Part shown: positions 1 to 14,379 of the stretch, piece by piece
Numbering within the stretch: position 1 is the stretch's first letter
How the letters are laid out: each line of letters begins with the position of its first letter
Origin: Pecten maximus
Taxonomy: Eukaryota
Assembly: GCF_902652985.1 (NCBI RefSeq)
Contig: NC_047028.1
Coordinates: 35,650,001-35,714,000 of the forward strand
Reading direction: 5' to 3'
DNA length: 64,000 bases
Position numbers and translations under genes: made by a program
The notes under the pieces: model-generated
The model's input: only the letters and a program-made list of their open reading frames with translations
Databases searched by the model: none
Told to the model about the DNA's origin: nothing

Positions 1-17
1 CATATATATTATATACC

Positions 18-100
18 TTACCTGGATTTTACCTGTGTTCTCCCTCATTACCTGGATTTTACCTGTATTCTCCGACATTACATGGTTTTACCTCTATTTT
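18..100. repeat. Short degenerate ~30-bp tandem repeat (3 copies)
   Basis: ttacctggattttacctgt(g/a)ttctcc repeated about 3 times. Confidence 0.7.
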
Positions 101-930
101 ACACAAACTTTGAAATCATCTCATTTCATTACTATTTAATCAATTTTTATATACCATATACCATTTTCATCAACTAGATTTGCAGAAGACAGCTATAGTA
201 CAACGACTTTATATATTATAGATATTTCACTGTTTGAAATGATTAAAAATGCGGAACAAAACCACATTATTTACTACTATCCGATAACCCTTATCAACAT
301 GGCTAAATATCGCTGATATTTTTCTTGATACTTATTAACTTAACTGATTACAAATCATATATTTATATAGGATTGGAAAACAAGCTAAAAGCTAGATACT
401 AATTCCTTTCCTAAAACACGATTATGGCGTTAAATAATGGACATTTATTGCACACAATAATGAGATTGACAAATTATCTTCTCAACAGAATACTTCAGTT
501 GATTACATATTTGATACTTTCGATTCTGGAAAATTTGATGTAACCTCAGTGGTGTTTGAAAACTAATCAAATATTGACATTATTAAAATCTGTTACTGTT
601 ACAAATGAAATTCTACGCAGAAATGGATATTTCTTCATTTTCCTCAGTGTTTAGCGATTGATCACCCCATAAATGAATATCTTGGTTTTCATTAATATAA
701 TACTTCGTCATTACATTTGATAAATATTACTGTTGGATTAAACTATTGATATCAGTGTTTAAGCTGTCTGATTTGTAAGTATACAAACATCAGGATGGCT
801 ATGTCTATCACTCTTCCCTGTCAACAATTAACGAGGCAAATGCAGATTCGGATAAAATTTCTTCGGTACAAGAACATCGCCTACAATGGATACATACAGG
901 ACCCCAGGACAAAATAACTACGGCTATTTT

Positions 931-1275
931 ATTAGTTGTGTATGCATGTTTAATTTTTTTATTAATTAATCACCCATCGTCCAGGGCCAAGTATTACTAG
1001 TTGTGTATGCATGTTTAATTTTTTGATTAATTAATCGTCCATCGTCCAGGGCCAAGTATTACTAGTTGTGTATGCATGTTTAATTTTTTTGATTAATTAA
1101 TCGTCCATCGTCCAGGGCCAAGTATTACTAGTTGTGTATGCATGTTTAATTTTTTGATTAATTAATCACCCTTCGTCCAGGGCCAAGTATTACTAGTTGT
1201 GTATGCATATTTAATTTTTTGATTAATTAATCACCCTTCGTCCACGGCCAAGTATTACTAGTGGTGTATACATAT
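931..1275. repeat. ~65-bp minisatellite, ~5 copies
   Basis: tagttgtgtatgcatgtttaattttttgattaattaatcgtccatcgtccagggccaagtattac repeated in tandem. Confidence 0.9.
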
Positions 1276-2436
1276 TAAAATTTCATGAATGATCTATCAT
1301 CCATTGTCCGGTGCTGAGTGTATATACCAAGTATTCCTTGTATACATGTAGACAATAACTATTAACTGCTAATTACTATTATATAATTGTGTGTTTCATT
1401 TAATTTTTAATCAGCCAATGTCTAGTGTTAAATATTCTAAGTATGCTTTTTACTTTAGCATTTTCCACTTCGGGCACATATCACGTACAATGATGTAAAT
1501 GTTCTGTACTAGTGTATTCTCTGTATACGTGCAAGTATTGAATTATACTGTAGAAAAAACTGGCGTACAATACTATCATTCTTTCTCTTCATATTAATTG
1601 CCATATGCTTCAGAATTTTTGTATTAAGCTCTGATATTGAACTTGGTTAGATGAATCTGGAAAATATCATTATTACAAAAATCATTATATAGAAATAATA
1701 AAAATAAATTTAAAAAAAAATAAATGAAAGATATACACCAATACCGAAACATCGACAGCCGCCTTTAATATAATAAACGGATATATTGTGATCTTATATA
1801 GTACATGTAGTATGACTTGATAATGAGATACTATACAGGTATAAATACCTACCTGTACATATGCACATTCCTAGAACAGACTATAATTGGCGTGCCATTT
1901 TTTTCGTGTAGAATTCTTTTGATCCCCAAAAAGTGGGAGAAAGGGGAACAAACCTAATAGATCACGTGACTGCTTATCCTTTAATTACTGTCCTATTGAT
2001 TATTAATTAATTAATTACTCATTTAAAGAGTCCGTTCTCGTCTGACTTTGGGGTTATCTTTGAAGACGACCAGGAAATTATTTTACATATTTAACAGAAA
2101 TATGTGAGACTTTGCTTGATTAAAGAACGCATATTGAACAGCCATATTGATATGCAAGTATTTTATAATCTCGCTCGAACTTAAGCCCGATTTTCTGGAT
2201 ATATTGAGAATCTAAGGCCATATAAATGCAAATCGTATCCCCCTTAAACAATCACGAAAATGAAACAGCATTGTAGACCTTAAGTCATCCATATAATCAC
2301 ATGAAAAAAATCATTGTAATAAATACCGTAATTTGCATATAATTTTTTATATAGTTAACTTATTCCTTTCTGAATACAGATGTTCAGAAAAACAATGTCA
2401 AAATGAGCATGTCTTCAACTTCTTTTGAATACACAT

Positions 2437-2536
2437 CTCTGATATAGTTTGTAGCATTGGATATGCCTCTCTGATATAGTTTGTAGCATTGGATATGCCT
2501 CTCTGATATAGTTTGTAGCATTGGATATGCCTCTCT
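2437..2536. repeat. 32-bp tandem repeat, 3 copies
   Basis: ctctgatatagtttgtagcattggatatgcct x3. Confidence 0.95.
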
Positions 2537-2585
2537 GCTAGTGACAAAACTATCTTGATCCTTTTTGAATTAACATCTCTCATCA

Positions 2586-5500
2586 AGATGTACGTGTCGT
2601 GAGGTCCTGTTTGAATACAGAGATGTACGTGTCGTGAGGTCCTATTTGAATACACAGATGTACGTGATACGAGGTCCTGTTTGAATACAGAGATGTACGT
2701 GTCGTGAGGTCCTGTTTGAATACACAGATATACGTGTCGTGAGGCCCTATTTGAATACAGAGATGTACGTGTTGTGAGGTCCTATTTGAATACACAGATG
2801 TACGTGTCGTGAGGTCCTATTTGAATACACAGATGTACGTGTCGTGAGGTCCTGTTTGAATACAGAGATGTACGTGTCGTGAGGTCCTGTTTGAATACAC
2901 AGATGTACGTGTCGTGAGGTCCTATTTGAATACACAGATGTACGTGTCGTGAGGTCCTATTTGAATACACAGATGTACGTGTCGTGAGGCCCTATTTGAA
3001 TACAGAGATGTACGTGTCGTGAGGCCCTATTTGAATACAGAGATGTACGTGTCGTGAGGTCCTGTTTGAATACGGAGATGTACGTGTCGTGAGGTCCTGT
3101 TTGAATACACAGATGTACGTGTCGTGAGGTCCTGTTTGAATACACAGATGTACGTGTCGTGAGGTCCTGTTTGAATACAGAGATGTACGTGTTGTGAGGT
3201 CCTATTTGAATACGGAGATGTACGTGTTGTGAGGTCCTGTTTGAATACAGAGATGTACGTGTCGTGAGGTCCTGTTTGAATACAGAGATGTACGTGTCGT
3301 GAGGTCCTGTTTGAATACACAGATGTACGTGTCGTGAGGTCCTATTTGAATACACAGATGTACGTGTCGTGAGGCCCTATTTGAATACAGAGATGTACGT
3401 GTCGTGAGGTCCTGTTTGAATACACAGATGTACGTGTCATGAGGTCCTGTTTGAATACAGAGATGTACGTGTCGTGAGGTCCTATTTGAATACACAGATG
3501 TACGTGTCGTGAGGTCCTATTTGAATACACAGATGTACGTGTCGTGAGGCCCTATTTGAATACACAGATGTACGTGTCGTGAGGTCCTGTTTGAATACAC
3601 AGATGTACGTGTTGTGAGGTCCTGTTTGAATACAGAGATGTACGTGTCGTGAGGTCCTGTTTGAATACACAGATGTACGTGTCGTGAGGTCCTGTTTGAA
3701 TACACAGATGTACGTGTCGTGAGGTCCTATTTGAATACACAGATGTACGTGTCGTGAGGTCCTATTTGAATACACAGATGTACGTGTCGTGAGGTCCTGT
3801 TTGAATACACAGATGTACGTGTCGTGAGGTCCTATTTGAATACAGAGATGTACGTGTCGTGAGGTCCTGTTTGAATACACAGATGTACGTGTCGTGAGGT
3901 CCTATTTGAATACACAGATGTACGTGTCGTGAGGTCCTACTTGAATACACAGATGTACGTGTCGTGAGGCCCTATTTGAATACAGAGATGTACGTGTCGT
4001 GAGGCCCTATTTGAATACAGAGATGTACGTGTCGTGAGGTCCTGTTTGAATACGGAGATGTACGTGTCGTGAGGTCCTGTTTGAATACACAGATGTACGT
4101 GTCGTGAGGTCCTGTTTGAATACACAGATGTACGTGTCGTGAGGTCCTGTTTGAATACACAGATGTACGTGTTGTGAGGTCCTATTTGAATACGGAGATG
4201 TACGTGTTGTGAGGTCCTGTTTGAATACAGAGATGTACGTGTCGTGAGGTCCTGTTTGAATACAGAGATGTACGTGTCGTGAGGTCCTGTTTGAATACAC
4301 AGATGTACGTGTCGTGAGGTCCTATTTGAATACACAGATGTACGTGTCGTGAGGCCCTATTTGAATACAGAGATGTACGTGTCGTGAGGTCCTGTTTGAA
4401 TACACAGATGTACGTGTCATGAGGTCCTGTTTGAATACAGAGATGTACGTGTCGTGAGGTCCTATTTGAATACACAGATGTACGTGTCGTGAGGTCCTGT
4501 TTGAATACGGAGATGTACGTGTCGTGAGGTCCTGTTTGAATACACAGATGTACGTGTCGTGAGGTCCTGTTTGAATACACAGATGTACGTGTCGTGAGGT
4601 CCTATTTGAATACACAGATGTACGTGTCGTGAGGTCCTGTTTGAATACACAGATGTACGTGTCGTGAGGTCCTATTTGAATACAGAGATGTACGTGTCGT
4701 GAGGTCCTGTTTGAATACACAGATGTACGTGTCGTGAGGTCCTATTTGAATACACAGATGTACGTGTCGTGAGGTCCTATTTGAATACACAGATGTACGT
4801 GTCGTGAGGCCCTATTTGAATACAGAGATGTACGTGTCGTGAGGTCCTATTTGAATACACAGATGTACGTGTCGTGAGGTCCTGTTTGAATACACAGATG
4901 TACGTGTCGTGAGGTCCTATTTGAATACAGAGATGTACGTGTCGTGAGGTCCTGTTTGAATACACAGATGTACGTGTCGTGAGGTCCTATTTGAATACAC
5001 AGATGTACGTGTCGTGAGGTCCTACTTGAATACACAGATGTACGTGTCGTGAGGCCCTATTTGAATACAGAGATGTACGTGTCGTGAGGCCCTATTTGAA
5101 AACAGAGATGTACGTGTCGTGAGGTCCTGTTTGAATACGGAGATGTACGTGTCGTGAGGTCCTGTTTGAATACACAGATGTACGTGTCGTGAGGTCCTGT
5201 TTGAATACACAGATGTACGTGTCGTGAGGTCCTGTTTGAATACACAGATGTACGTGTTGTGAGGTCCTATTTGAATACGGAGATGTACGTGTTGTGAGGT
5301 CCTGTTTGAATACAGAGATGTACGTGTCGTGAGGTCCTGTTTGAATACAGAGATGTACGTGTCGTGAGGTCCTGTTTGAATACACAGATGTACGTGTCGT
5401 GAGGTCCTATTTGAATACACAGATGTACGTGTCGTGAGGCCCTATTTGAATACAGAGATGTACGTGTCGTGAGGTCCTGTTTGAATACACAGATGTACGT

Positions 5501-8262
5501 GTCATGAGGTCCTGTTTGAATACAGAGATGTACGTGTCGTGAGGTCCTATTTGAATACACAGATGTACGTGTCGTGAGGTCCTGTTTGAATACGGAGATG
5601 TACGTGTCGTGAGGTCCTGTTTGAATACACAGATGTACGTGTCGTGAGGTCCTGTTTGAATACAGAGATGTACGTGTCGTGAGGTCCTGTTTGAATACAC
5701 AGATGTACGTGTCGTGAGGTCCTGTTTGAATACACAGATGTACGTGTCGTGAGGCCCTATTTGAATACAGAGATGTACGTGTCGTGAGGTCCTGTTTGAA
5801 TACACAGATGTACGTGTCATGAGGTCCTGTTTGAATACAGAGATGTACGTGTCGTGAGGTCCTATTTGAATACACAGATGTACGTGTCGTGAGGTCCTGT
5901 TTGAATACGGAGATGTACGTGTCGTGAGGTCCTGTTTGAATACACAGATGTACGTGTCGTGAGGTCCTGTTTGAATACACAGATGTACGTGTCGTGAGGT
6001 CCTATTTGAATACACAGATGTACGTGTCGTGAGGTCCTGTTTGAATACACAGATGTACGTGTCGTGAGGTCCTATTTGAATACAGAGATGTACGTGTCGT
6101 GAGGTCCTGTTTGAATACACAGATGTACGTGTCGTGAGGTCCTATTTGAATACACAGATGTACGTGTCGTGAGGTCCTATTTGAATACACAGATGTACGT
6201 GTCGTGAGGCCCTATTTGAATACAGAGATGTACGTGTCGTGAGGTCCTATTTGAATACACAGATGTACGTGTCGTGAGGTCCTGTTTGAATACACAGATG
6301 TACGTGTCGTGAGGTCCTATTTGAATACAGAGATGTACGTGTCGTGAGGTCCTGTTTGAATACACAGATGTACGTGTCGTGAGGTCCTATTTGAATACAC
6401 AGATGTACGTGTCGTGAGGTCCTACTTGAATACACAGATGTACGTGTCGTGAGGCCCTATTTGAATACAGAGATGTACGTGTCGTGAGGCCCTATTTGAA
6501 AACAGAGATGTACGTGTCGTGAGGTCCTGTTTGAATACGGAGATGTACGTGTCGTGAGGTCCTGTTTGAATACACAGATGTACGTGTCGTGAGGTCCTGT
6601 TTGAATACACAGATGTACGTGTCGTGAGGTCCTGTTTGAATACACAGATGTACGTGTTGTGAGGTCCTATTTGAATACGGAGATGTACGTGTTGTGAGGT
6701 CCTGTTTGAATACAGAGATGTACGTGTCGTGAGGTCCTGTTTGAATACAGAGATGTACGTGTCGTGAGGTCCTGTTTGAATACACAGATGTACGTGTCGT
6801 GAGGTCCTATTTGAATACACAGATGTACGTGTCGTGAGGCCCTATTTGAATACAGAGATGTACGTGTCGTGAGGTCCTGTTTGAATACACAGATGTACGT
6901 GTCATGAGGTCCTGTTTGAATACAGAGATGTACGTGTCGTGAGGTCCTATTTGAATACACAGATGTACGTGTCGTGAGGTCCTGTTTGAATACGGAGATG
7001 TACGTGTCGTGAGGTCCTGTTTGAATACACAGATGTACGTGTCGTGAGGTCCTGTTTGAATACACAGATGTACGTGTCGTGAGGTCCTATTTGAATACAC
7101 AGATGTACGTGTCGTGAGGTCCTGTTTGAATACACAGATGTACGTGTCGTGAGGTCCTATTTGAATACACAGATGTACGTGTCGTGAGGTCCTATTTGAA
7201 TACACAGATGTACGTGTCGTGAGGCCCTATTTGAATACAGAGATGTACGTGTCGTGAGGCCCTATTTGAATACAGAGATGTACGTGTCGTGAGGTCCTGT
7301 TTGAATACGGAGATGTACGTGTCGTGAGGTCCTGTTTGAATACACAGATGTACGTGTCGTGAGGTCCTGTTTGAATACACAGATGTACGTGTCGTGAGGT
7401 CCTGTTTGAATACACAGATGTACGTGTTGTGAGGTCCTATTTGAATACGGAGATGTACGTGTTGTGAGGTCCTGTTTGAATACAGAGATGTACGTGTCGT
7501 GAGGTCCTGTTTGAATACAGAGATGTACGTGTCGTGAGGTCCTGTTTGAATACACAGATGTACGTGTCGTGAGGTCCTATTTGAATACACAGATGTACGT
7601 GTCGTGAGGCCCTATTTGAATACAGAGATGTACGTGTCGTGAGGTCCTGTTTGAATACACAGATGTACGTGTCATGAGGTCCTGTTTGAATACAGAGATG
7701 TACGTGTCGTGAGGTCCTATTTGAATACACAGATGTACGTGTCGTGAGGTCCTGTTTGAATACGGAGATGTACGTGTCGTGAGGTCCTGTTTGAATACAC
7801 AGATGTACGTGTCGTGAGGTCCTGTTTGAATACACAGATGTACGTGTCGTGAGGTCCTGTTTGAATACACAGATGTACGTGTTGTGAGGTCCTATTTGAA
7901 TACGGAGATGTACGTGTTGTGAGGTCCTGTTTGAATACAGAGATGTACGTGTCGTGAGGTCCTGTTTGAATACAGAGATGTACGTGTCGTGAGGTCCTGT
8001 TTGAATACACAGATGTACGTGTCGTGAGGTCCTATTTGAATACACAGATGTACGTGTCGTGAGGCCCTATTTGAATACAGAGATGTACGTGTCGTGAGGT
8101 CCTGTTTGAATACACAGATGTACGTGTCATGAGGTCCTGTTTGAATACAGAGATGTACGTGTCGTGAGGTCCTATTTGAATACACAGATGTACGTGTCGT
8201 GAGGTCCTATTTGAATACACAGATGTACGTGTCGTGAGGTCCTATTTGAATACACAGATGTA
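2586..8262. repeat. 35-bp satellite array, ~162 copies, with higher-order blocks
   Basis: Unit agatgtacgtgtcgtgaggtcct(a/g)tttgaataca(c/g). Exact 35-bp periodicity; variant markers recur at multiples of 35. Confidence 0.99.
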
Positions 8263-8290
8263 TAGAACGCACGTACGCACACAGACAGAC

Positions 8291-8582
8291 ATATATATAC
8301 AATGTAATTGTTTACAAAATGTCCTATATACAATTCAATTGTTTAGAGAATGTCATATATACAATTCAATTGTTTAGAGAATGTCATATATGCAATTCAA
8401 TTGTTTAGAGAATGTCATATATGCAATTCAATTGTTTAGAGAATGTAATATATACAATTCAATTGCTTAGAGAATGTCATATATACAATTCAATTGCTTA
8501 GAGAATGTCATATATACAATTCAATTGTTTAGAGAATGTCATATATACAATTCAATTGTTTAGAGAATGTCATATATACATT
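8291..8582. repeat. 31-bp minisatellite, ~9 copies
   Basis: atatatacaattcaattgtttagagaatgtc in tandem. Confidence 0.95.
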
Positions 8583-9679
8583 GTATTATTTTACAGAATG
8601 CACATACTATTAAATATTATAATGAAAATATATTCGGATTCTGTGAAAATGAAATGTTTTCTTATTCCAGAGAGTGAGCAGTGTTTCTGTAGTAAAAATA
8701 TTTTCATGTGTTAAATTTTGATGTAGATTATCATACATGTATAAAGAGGATTTTTTTATAGAATACACAGTCCACATCAATATTGTAAGCATTATTTCAC
8801 CTCATTTCGATTTCCTATTTTGGTATTTTCGTTTTCGGCTTAAACATTGTTATTTTATTCGCGCGCAGTGTATGTAAAAAACGTAATCATTATTCAATCT
8901 GATTAAAAGGAGACCTGGAAATTCCGCGGGAATAACTCCAGTAATTGGTGTTATCCACAACGGCGATAACAATAGACTACTGTATGGAGATATAACATTA
9001 TGGAAGCCGACAACAGTCGAACAGTTTAGGTGAGAACGAGGCTGAATGGCAGGCTCGGAAACGAATCCAAGAAAGGAGTCGACTTGAATGATGGTGACAA
9101 CATAGAAAACTCGTGTTATCGTCTGCTCTCGCCATTTATCATGGCGTGGTAATATGTGGAGAAAAGCCTAGTTTCTGAGAGCGCTACCAATAATTTCTCC
9201 TGTACACCACAATTCTTTAATCGATTTCACCAGTCACCTACAAATGATGGATTGTCTTTGAGATGCACGCCTGATAATTATACATTCATTCGAGTGTCCT
9301 CATATTTTGCTGTAGTTTCAAACCTATATATTGATCACCAAAATATTTCTAGGGGTCGAGGGAAAAATGACAACGGTAGAACAAATGGATGCCGAAAGGA
9401 GCCTAAGATAATGCTGTTTTGTGCCTGGAGGTACGCCTTCCCAGTCGACGATCAACTGTCAATGTATTCGCAGCTGATATTGACATTTTCTGATAAGAGA
9501 CGAGTTGGGAGGAGGGAAAGTAAGCGACATTTTCTATAGAAAATATGAGAACAACCTCTTGCCACGAAGGTCAGCACGATGTCTGATGAGCTTGGCGGGA
9601 GGCGCAGCACAGCGCGGGAGATAAAGGCAGATCTATATAATTACCACGGGAGTCTAGTGTGGTAAATCACGACACAGCT

Positions 9680-12600
9680 TAATGTGGAGTGTGAACAATG
9701 AAACATGACGTAATGTGGAGTGTGAACAATAAAAACACGAAGTTTAAAATGTGGAGTGTGAACAATAAAAACATGACGTAATGTGGAGTGTGAACAATAA
9801 AAACACGACGTAATGTGGAATGTGAACAATGAAAACATGACGTAATGTGGAGTGTGAACAATGAAAACATGACGTAATGTGGAGTGTGAACAATGAAAAC
9901 ATGACGTAATGTGGAGTGTGAACAATGAAAACACGACGTAATGTGGAGTATGAACAATGAAAACATGACGTAATGTGGAATGTGAACAATGAAAACATGA
10001 CGTAATGTGGAGTGTGAACAATGAAAACATGACGTAATGTGGAGTGTGAACAATGAAAACATGACGTAATGTGGAGTGTGAACAATGAAAACATGGCGTA
10101 ATGTGGAGTATGAACAATAAAAACGTGACGTAATGTGGAGTATGAACAATGAAAACATGGCGTAATGTGGAGTATGAACAATGAAAACATGGCGTAATGT
10201 GGAGTGTGAACAATGAAAACATGACGTAATGTGGAGTATGAACAATGAAAACATGGCGTAATGTGGAGTGTGAACAATGAAAACATGGCGTAATGTGGAG
10301 TATGAACAATGAAAACATGACGTAATGTGGAGTGTGAACAATGAAAACATGACGTAATGTGGAGTATGAACAATGAAAACATGACGTAATGTGGAGTGTG
10401 AACAATGAAAACATGACGTAATGTGGAGTATGAACAATGAAAACATGACGTAATGTGGAGTGTGAACAATGAAAACATGACGTAATGTGGAGTATGAACA
10501 ATGAAAACATGGCGTAATGTGGAGTGTGAACAATGAAAACATGACGTAATGTGGAGTGTGAACAATGAAAACATGACGTAATGTGGAGTATGAACAATGA
10601 AAACATGGCGTAATGTGGAGTGTGAACAATGAAAACATGACGTAATGTGGAGTGTGAACAATGAAAACATGACGTAATGTGGAGTGTGAACAATGAAAAC
10701 ATGACGTAATGTGGAGTGTGAACAATGAAAACATGACGTAATGTGGAGTGTGAACAATGAAAACATGACGTAATGTGGAGTGTGAACAATGAAAACATGG
10801 CGTAATGTGGAGTGTGAACAATGAAAACATGGCGTAATGTGGAGTGTGAACAATAAAAACATGACGTAATGTGAACAATGAAAACATGGCGTAATGTGGA
10901 GTGTGAACAATGGAAACATGGCGTAATGTGGAGTGTGAACAATGAAAACATGGCGTAATGTGGAGTGTGAACAATGGAAACATGACGTAATGTGGAGTGT
11001 GAACAATAAAAACATGACGTAATGTGAACAATGAAAACATGACGTAATGTGTGAACAATGAAAACATGACGTAATGTGTGAACAATGAAAACATGACGTA
11101 ATGTGTGAACAATGGAAACATGACGTAATGTGTGAACAATGAAAACATGGCGTAATGTGGAGTGTGAACAATAAAAACATGACGTAATGTGAACAATGGA
11201 AACATGACGTAATGTGGAGTGTGAACAATGAAAACATGGCGTAATGTGGAGTGTGAACAATGAAAACATGACGTAATGTGGAGTGTGAACAATGAAAACA
11301 TGGCGTAATGTGGAGTGTGAACAATGAAAACATGGCGTAATGTGGAGTGTGAACAATGAAAACATGACGTAATGTGGAGTGTGAACAATGAAAACATGGC
11401 GTAATGTGGAGTGTGAACAATGAAAACATGGCGTAATGTGGAGTGTGAACAATAAAAACATGACGTAATGTGAACAATGAAAACATGGCGTAATGTGGAG
11501 TGTGAACAATGGAAACATGGCGTAATGTGGAGTGTGAACAATGAAAACATGGCGTAATGTGGAGTGTGAACAATGGAAACATGACGTAATGTGGAGTGTG
11601 AACAATAAAAACATGACGTAATGTGAACAATGAAAACATGACGTAATGTGTGAACAATGAAAACATGACGTAATGTGTGAACAATGAAAACATGACGTAA
11701 TGTGTGAACAATGGAAACATGACGTAATGTGTGAACAATGAAAACATGGCGTAATGTGGAGTGTGAACAATAAAAACATGACGTAATGTGAACAATGGAA
11801 ACATGACGTAATGTGGAGTATGAACAATGAAAACATGACGTAATGTGGAATGTGAACAATGAAAACACGACGTAATGTGGAATGTGAACAATAAAAACAC
11901 GACGTAATGTGGAATGTGAACAATAAAAACACGACGTAATGTGGAGTGTGAACAATAAAAACACGACGTAATGTGGAGTGTGAATAATGAAAACACGACG
12001 TAATGTGGAGTGTGAACAATGAAAACGTGACGTAATGTGGAGTGTGAAAAATGAAAACGTGACGTAATGTGGAGTGTGAATAATGAAAACATGACGTAAT
12101 GTAGAATGTGAACAATGAAAACACGACGTAATGTGGAATGTGAACAATAAAAACATGACGTAATGTGGAGTGTGAACAATGAAAACATGACGTAATGTGG
12201 AATGTGAACAATAAAACACGACGTAATGTGGAGTGTGAACAATGAAAACATGACGTAATGTGGAATGTGAACAATGAAAACATGACGTAATGTGGAATGT
12301 GAACAATAAAAACACGATGTAATGTGGAGTGTGAACAATAAAAACATGACGTAATGTGGAGTGTGAACAATGAAACACGACGTAATGTGGAGTGTGAACA
12401 ATGAAACATGATGTAATGTGGAATGTGAACAATAAAAACACGCCGTAATGTGGAGTGTGAACAATGAAAACATGACGTAATGTGGAATGTGAACAATAAA
12501 AACATGACGTAATGTGGAATGTGAACAATAAAAACACGACGTAATGTGGAGTGTGAACAATGAAAACACGACGTAATGTGGAGTGTGAACAATAAAAACA

Positions 12601-13540
12601 TGACGTAATGTGGAATGTGAAAAATAAAAACATGACGTAATGTGGAATGTGAACAATAAAACACGACGTAATGTGGAGTGTGAACAATAAAAACACGACG
12701 TAATGTGGAATGTGAACAATAAAAACACGACGTAATGTGGAATGTGAACAATAAAAACACGACGTAATGTGGAGTGTGAACAATGAAAACACGACGTAAT
12801 GTGGAGTGTGAACAATAAAAACACGACGTAATGTGGAGTGTGAACAATAAAAACACGACGTAATGTGGAGTGTGAACAATAAAAACATGACGTAATGTGG
12901 AATGTGAACAATAAAACACGACGTAATGTGGAGTGTGAACAATGGAAACATGACGTAATGTGGAGTGTGAACAATAAAAACACGACGTAATGTGGAATGT
13001 GAACAATAAAAACACGACGTAATGTGGAGTGTGAACAATAAAAACACGACGTAATGTGGAGTGTGAACAATAAAAACATGACGTAATGTGGAATGTGAAC
13101 AATAAAACACGACGTAATGTGGAGTGTGAACAATGGAAACACGACGTAATGTGGAGTGTGAACAATAAAAACATGACGTAATGTGGAGTGTGAACAATAA
13201 AAACACGACGTAATGTGGAGTGTGAACAATAAAAACATGACGTAATGTGGAATGTGAACAATAAAACACGACGTAATGTGGAGTGTGAACAATGGAAACA
13301 TGACGTAATGTGGAGTGTGAACAATAAAAACACGACGTAATGTGGAATGTGAACAATAAAAACACGACGTAATGTGGAGTGTGAACAATAAAAACATGAC
13401 GTAATGTGGAATGTGAACAATAAAACACGACGTAATGTGGAGTGTGAACAATGGAAACATGACGTAATGTGGAGTGTGAACAATAAAACATGACGTAATG
13501 TTGAATGTGAAAAATGAAAACGTGACGTAATGTGGAGTGT
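9680..13540. repeat. 32-bp satellite array (~120 copies) with 25/27/31-bp deletion variants
   Basis: Unit aatgtggagtgtgaacaatgaaaacatgacgt. The 25/27-bp variants cluster at 10860-11800. Confidence 0.99.
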
Positions 13541-13617
13541 ATAAAAGAAAACACAAATATTTATCGAGTTTGAACAAGGAAAATACGGAACAATGTGAAA
13601 TCGATTGCGAACAAGGG

Positions 13618-14130
13618 TTTAGTTTAGTTTAGTTTAGTTGATTTTGTTTAACGTCCTATTAACAGCTAAGGTAATTTAAAAACGGCCTCCCGTGCGTGCG
13701 ACATGCATGCGTGTGGCGAGTGCGTATGTGTGTTTTGGAAGGCTGTTGTACGTTCGTTTTAAGTCTCCTTGTGATAGGCCGGAACTTTTGCCGATTTATA
13801 GTGCTACCTCATTGAAGCATACTGCCGAAGACACCCAGCAGCACACCCCACCCGGTCACATTATACTGACAACGGGCGAAGCAGTCGTCCTACTCCTAAT
13901 ATGCTGAGCGCTAAGCAGGAGCAGCAACTACCATTTTTAAAGACTCTGGTATGTCTCGGCTAAAGGACAGAGGCCAGAGCCTTTCTCACAGCGGCGAACG
14001 CTGAACTAAAGGCCAAAAGTGAGGCATTGTCAAGGGAGACATTAGGAAGAAGAAAGTTGTTAAGAAAGAAGAGAAAAGATAAGATCCCAAATTTAGTCGC
14101 CACTTACGGTCATGCAATGGGGGCAGCAGG
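13618..14130 (-). mobile_element. tRNA-derived SINE with Meta-like central domain, (AAACT)n tail and a 5' extension
   Basis: 12-bp target-site duplication TGCGAACAAGGG at 13606-13617 and 14131-14142. The minus strand reads: degraded tRNA-like head, then ggtagttgctgctcctgcttagcgctcagcatattaggagtagg...gtataatgtgaccgggtgg (resembles the MetaSINE domain as I recall it), then tail gctgttaataggacgttaaacaaaat plus (aaact)n. Confidence 0.8.
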
Positions 14131-14379
14131 TGCGAACAAGGGAATGAAATAACAAAACTAGAACAATATCCTTCTGAAGATTTGTTAATATAATCGTTTA
14201 CATAATATTACTTCGAGTGTTTGAAGGGAGCATGGTTAACAATATTGATTCGGTAAGTGTAATACTTGTTACGGTAACTGGAAACTCAAAATTCTGTTCC
14301 ATGGTTATAAATTCCTCCAATAAGATGTGTATCCACGTTACTCGTGTGTGACTCATGTACGTGTACTTCTTCACAAGTT

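Noticed and set aside
2398-8220. Dozens of MYSNRTSRHVHLC... ORFs
   Set aside because: They are translations of the 35-bp satellite in rotating frames.
2586-8262. CRISPR array (35-bp repeats), here or in any other array
   Set aside because: Units are head-to-tail with no unique spacers, there are no cas genes, and the context is eukaryotic.
9156-9539. 127-aa ORF as a gene
   Set aside because: Non-ATG start, no recognisable motif and no convincing splice context.
9641-13577. ~1280-aa His/Cys-rich proteins
   Set aside because: All three frames are open only because the unit lacks stop triplets. There is no unique domain or gene structure.
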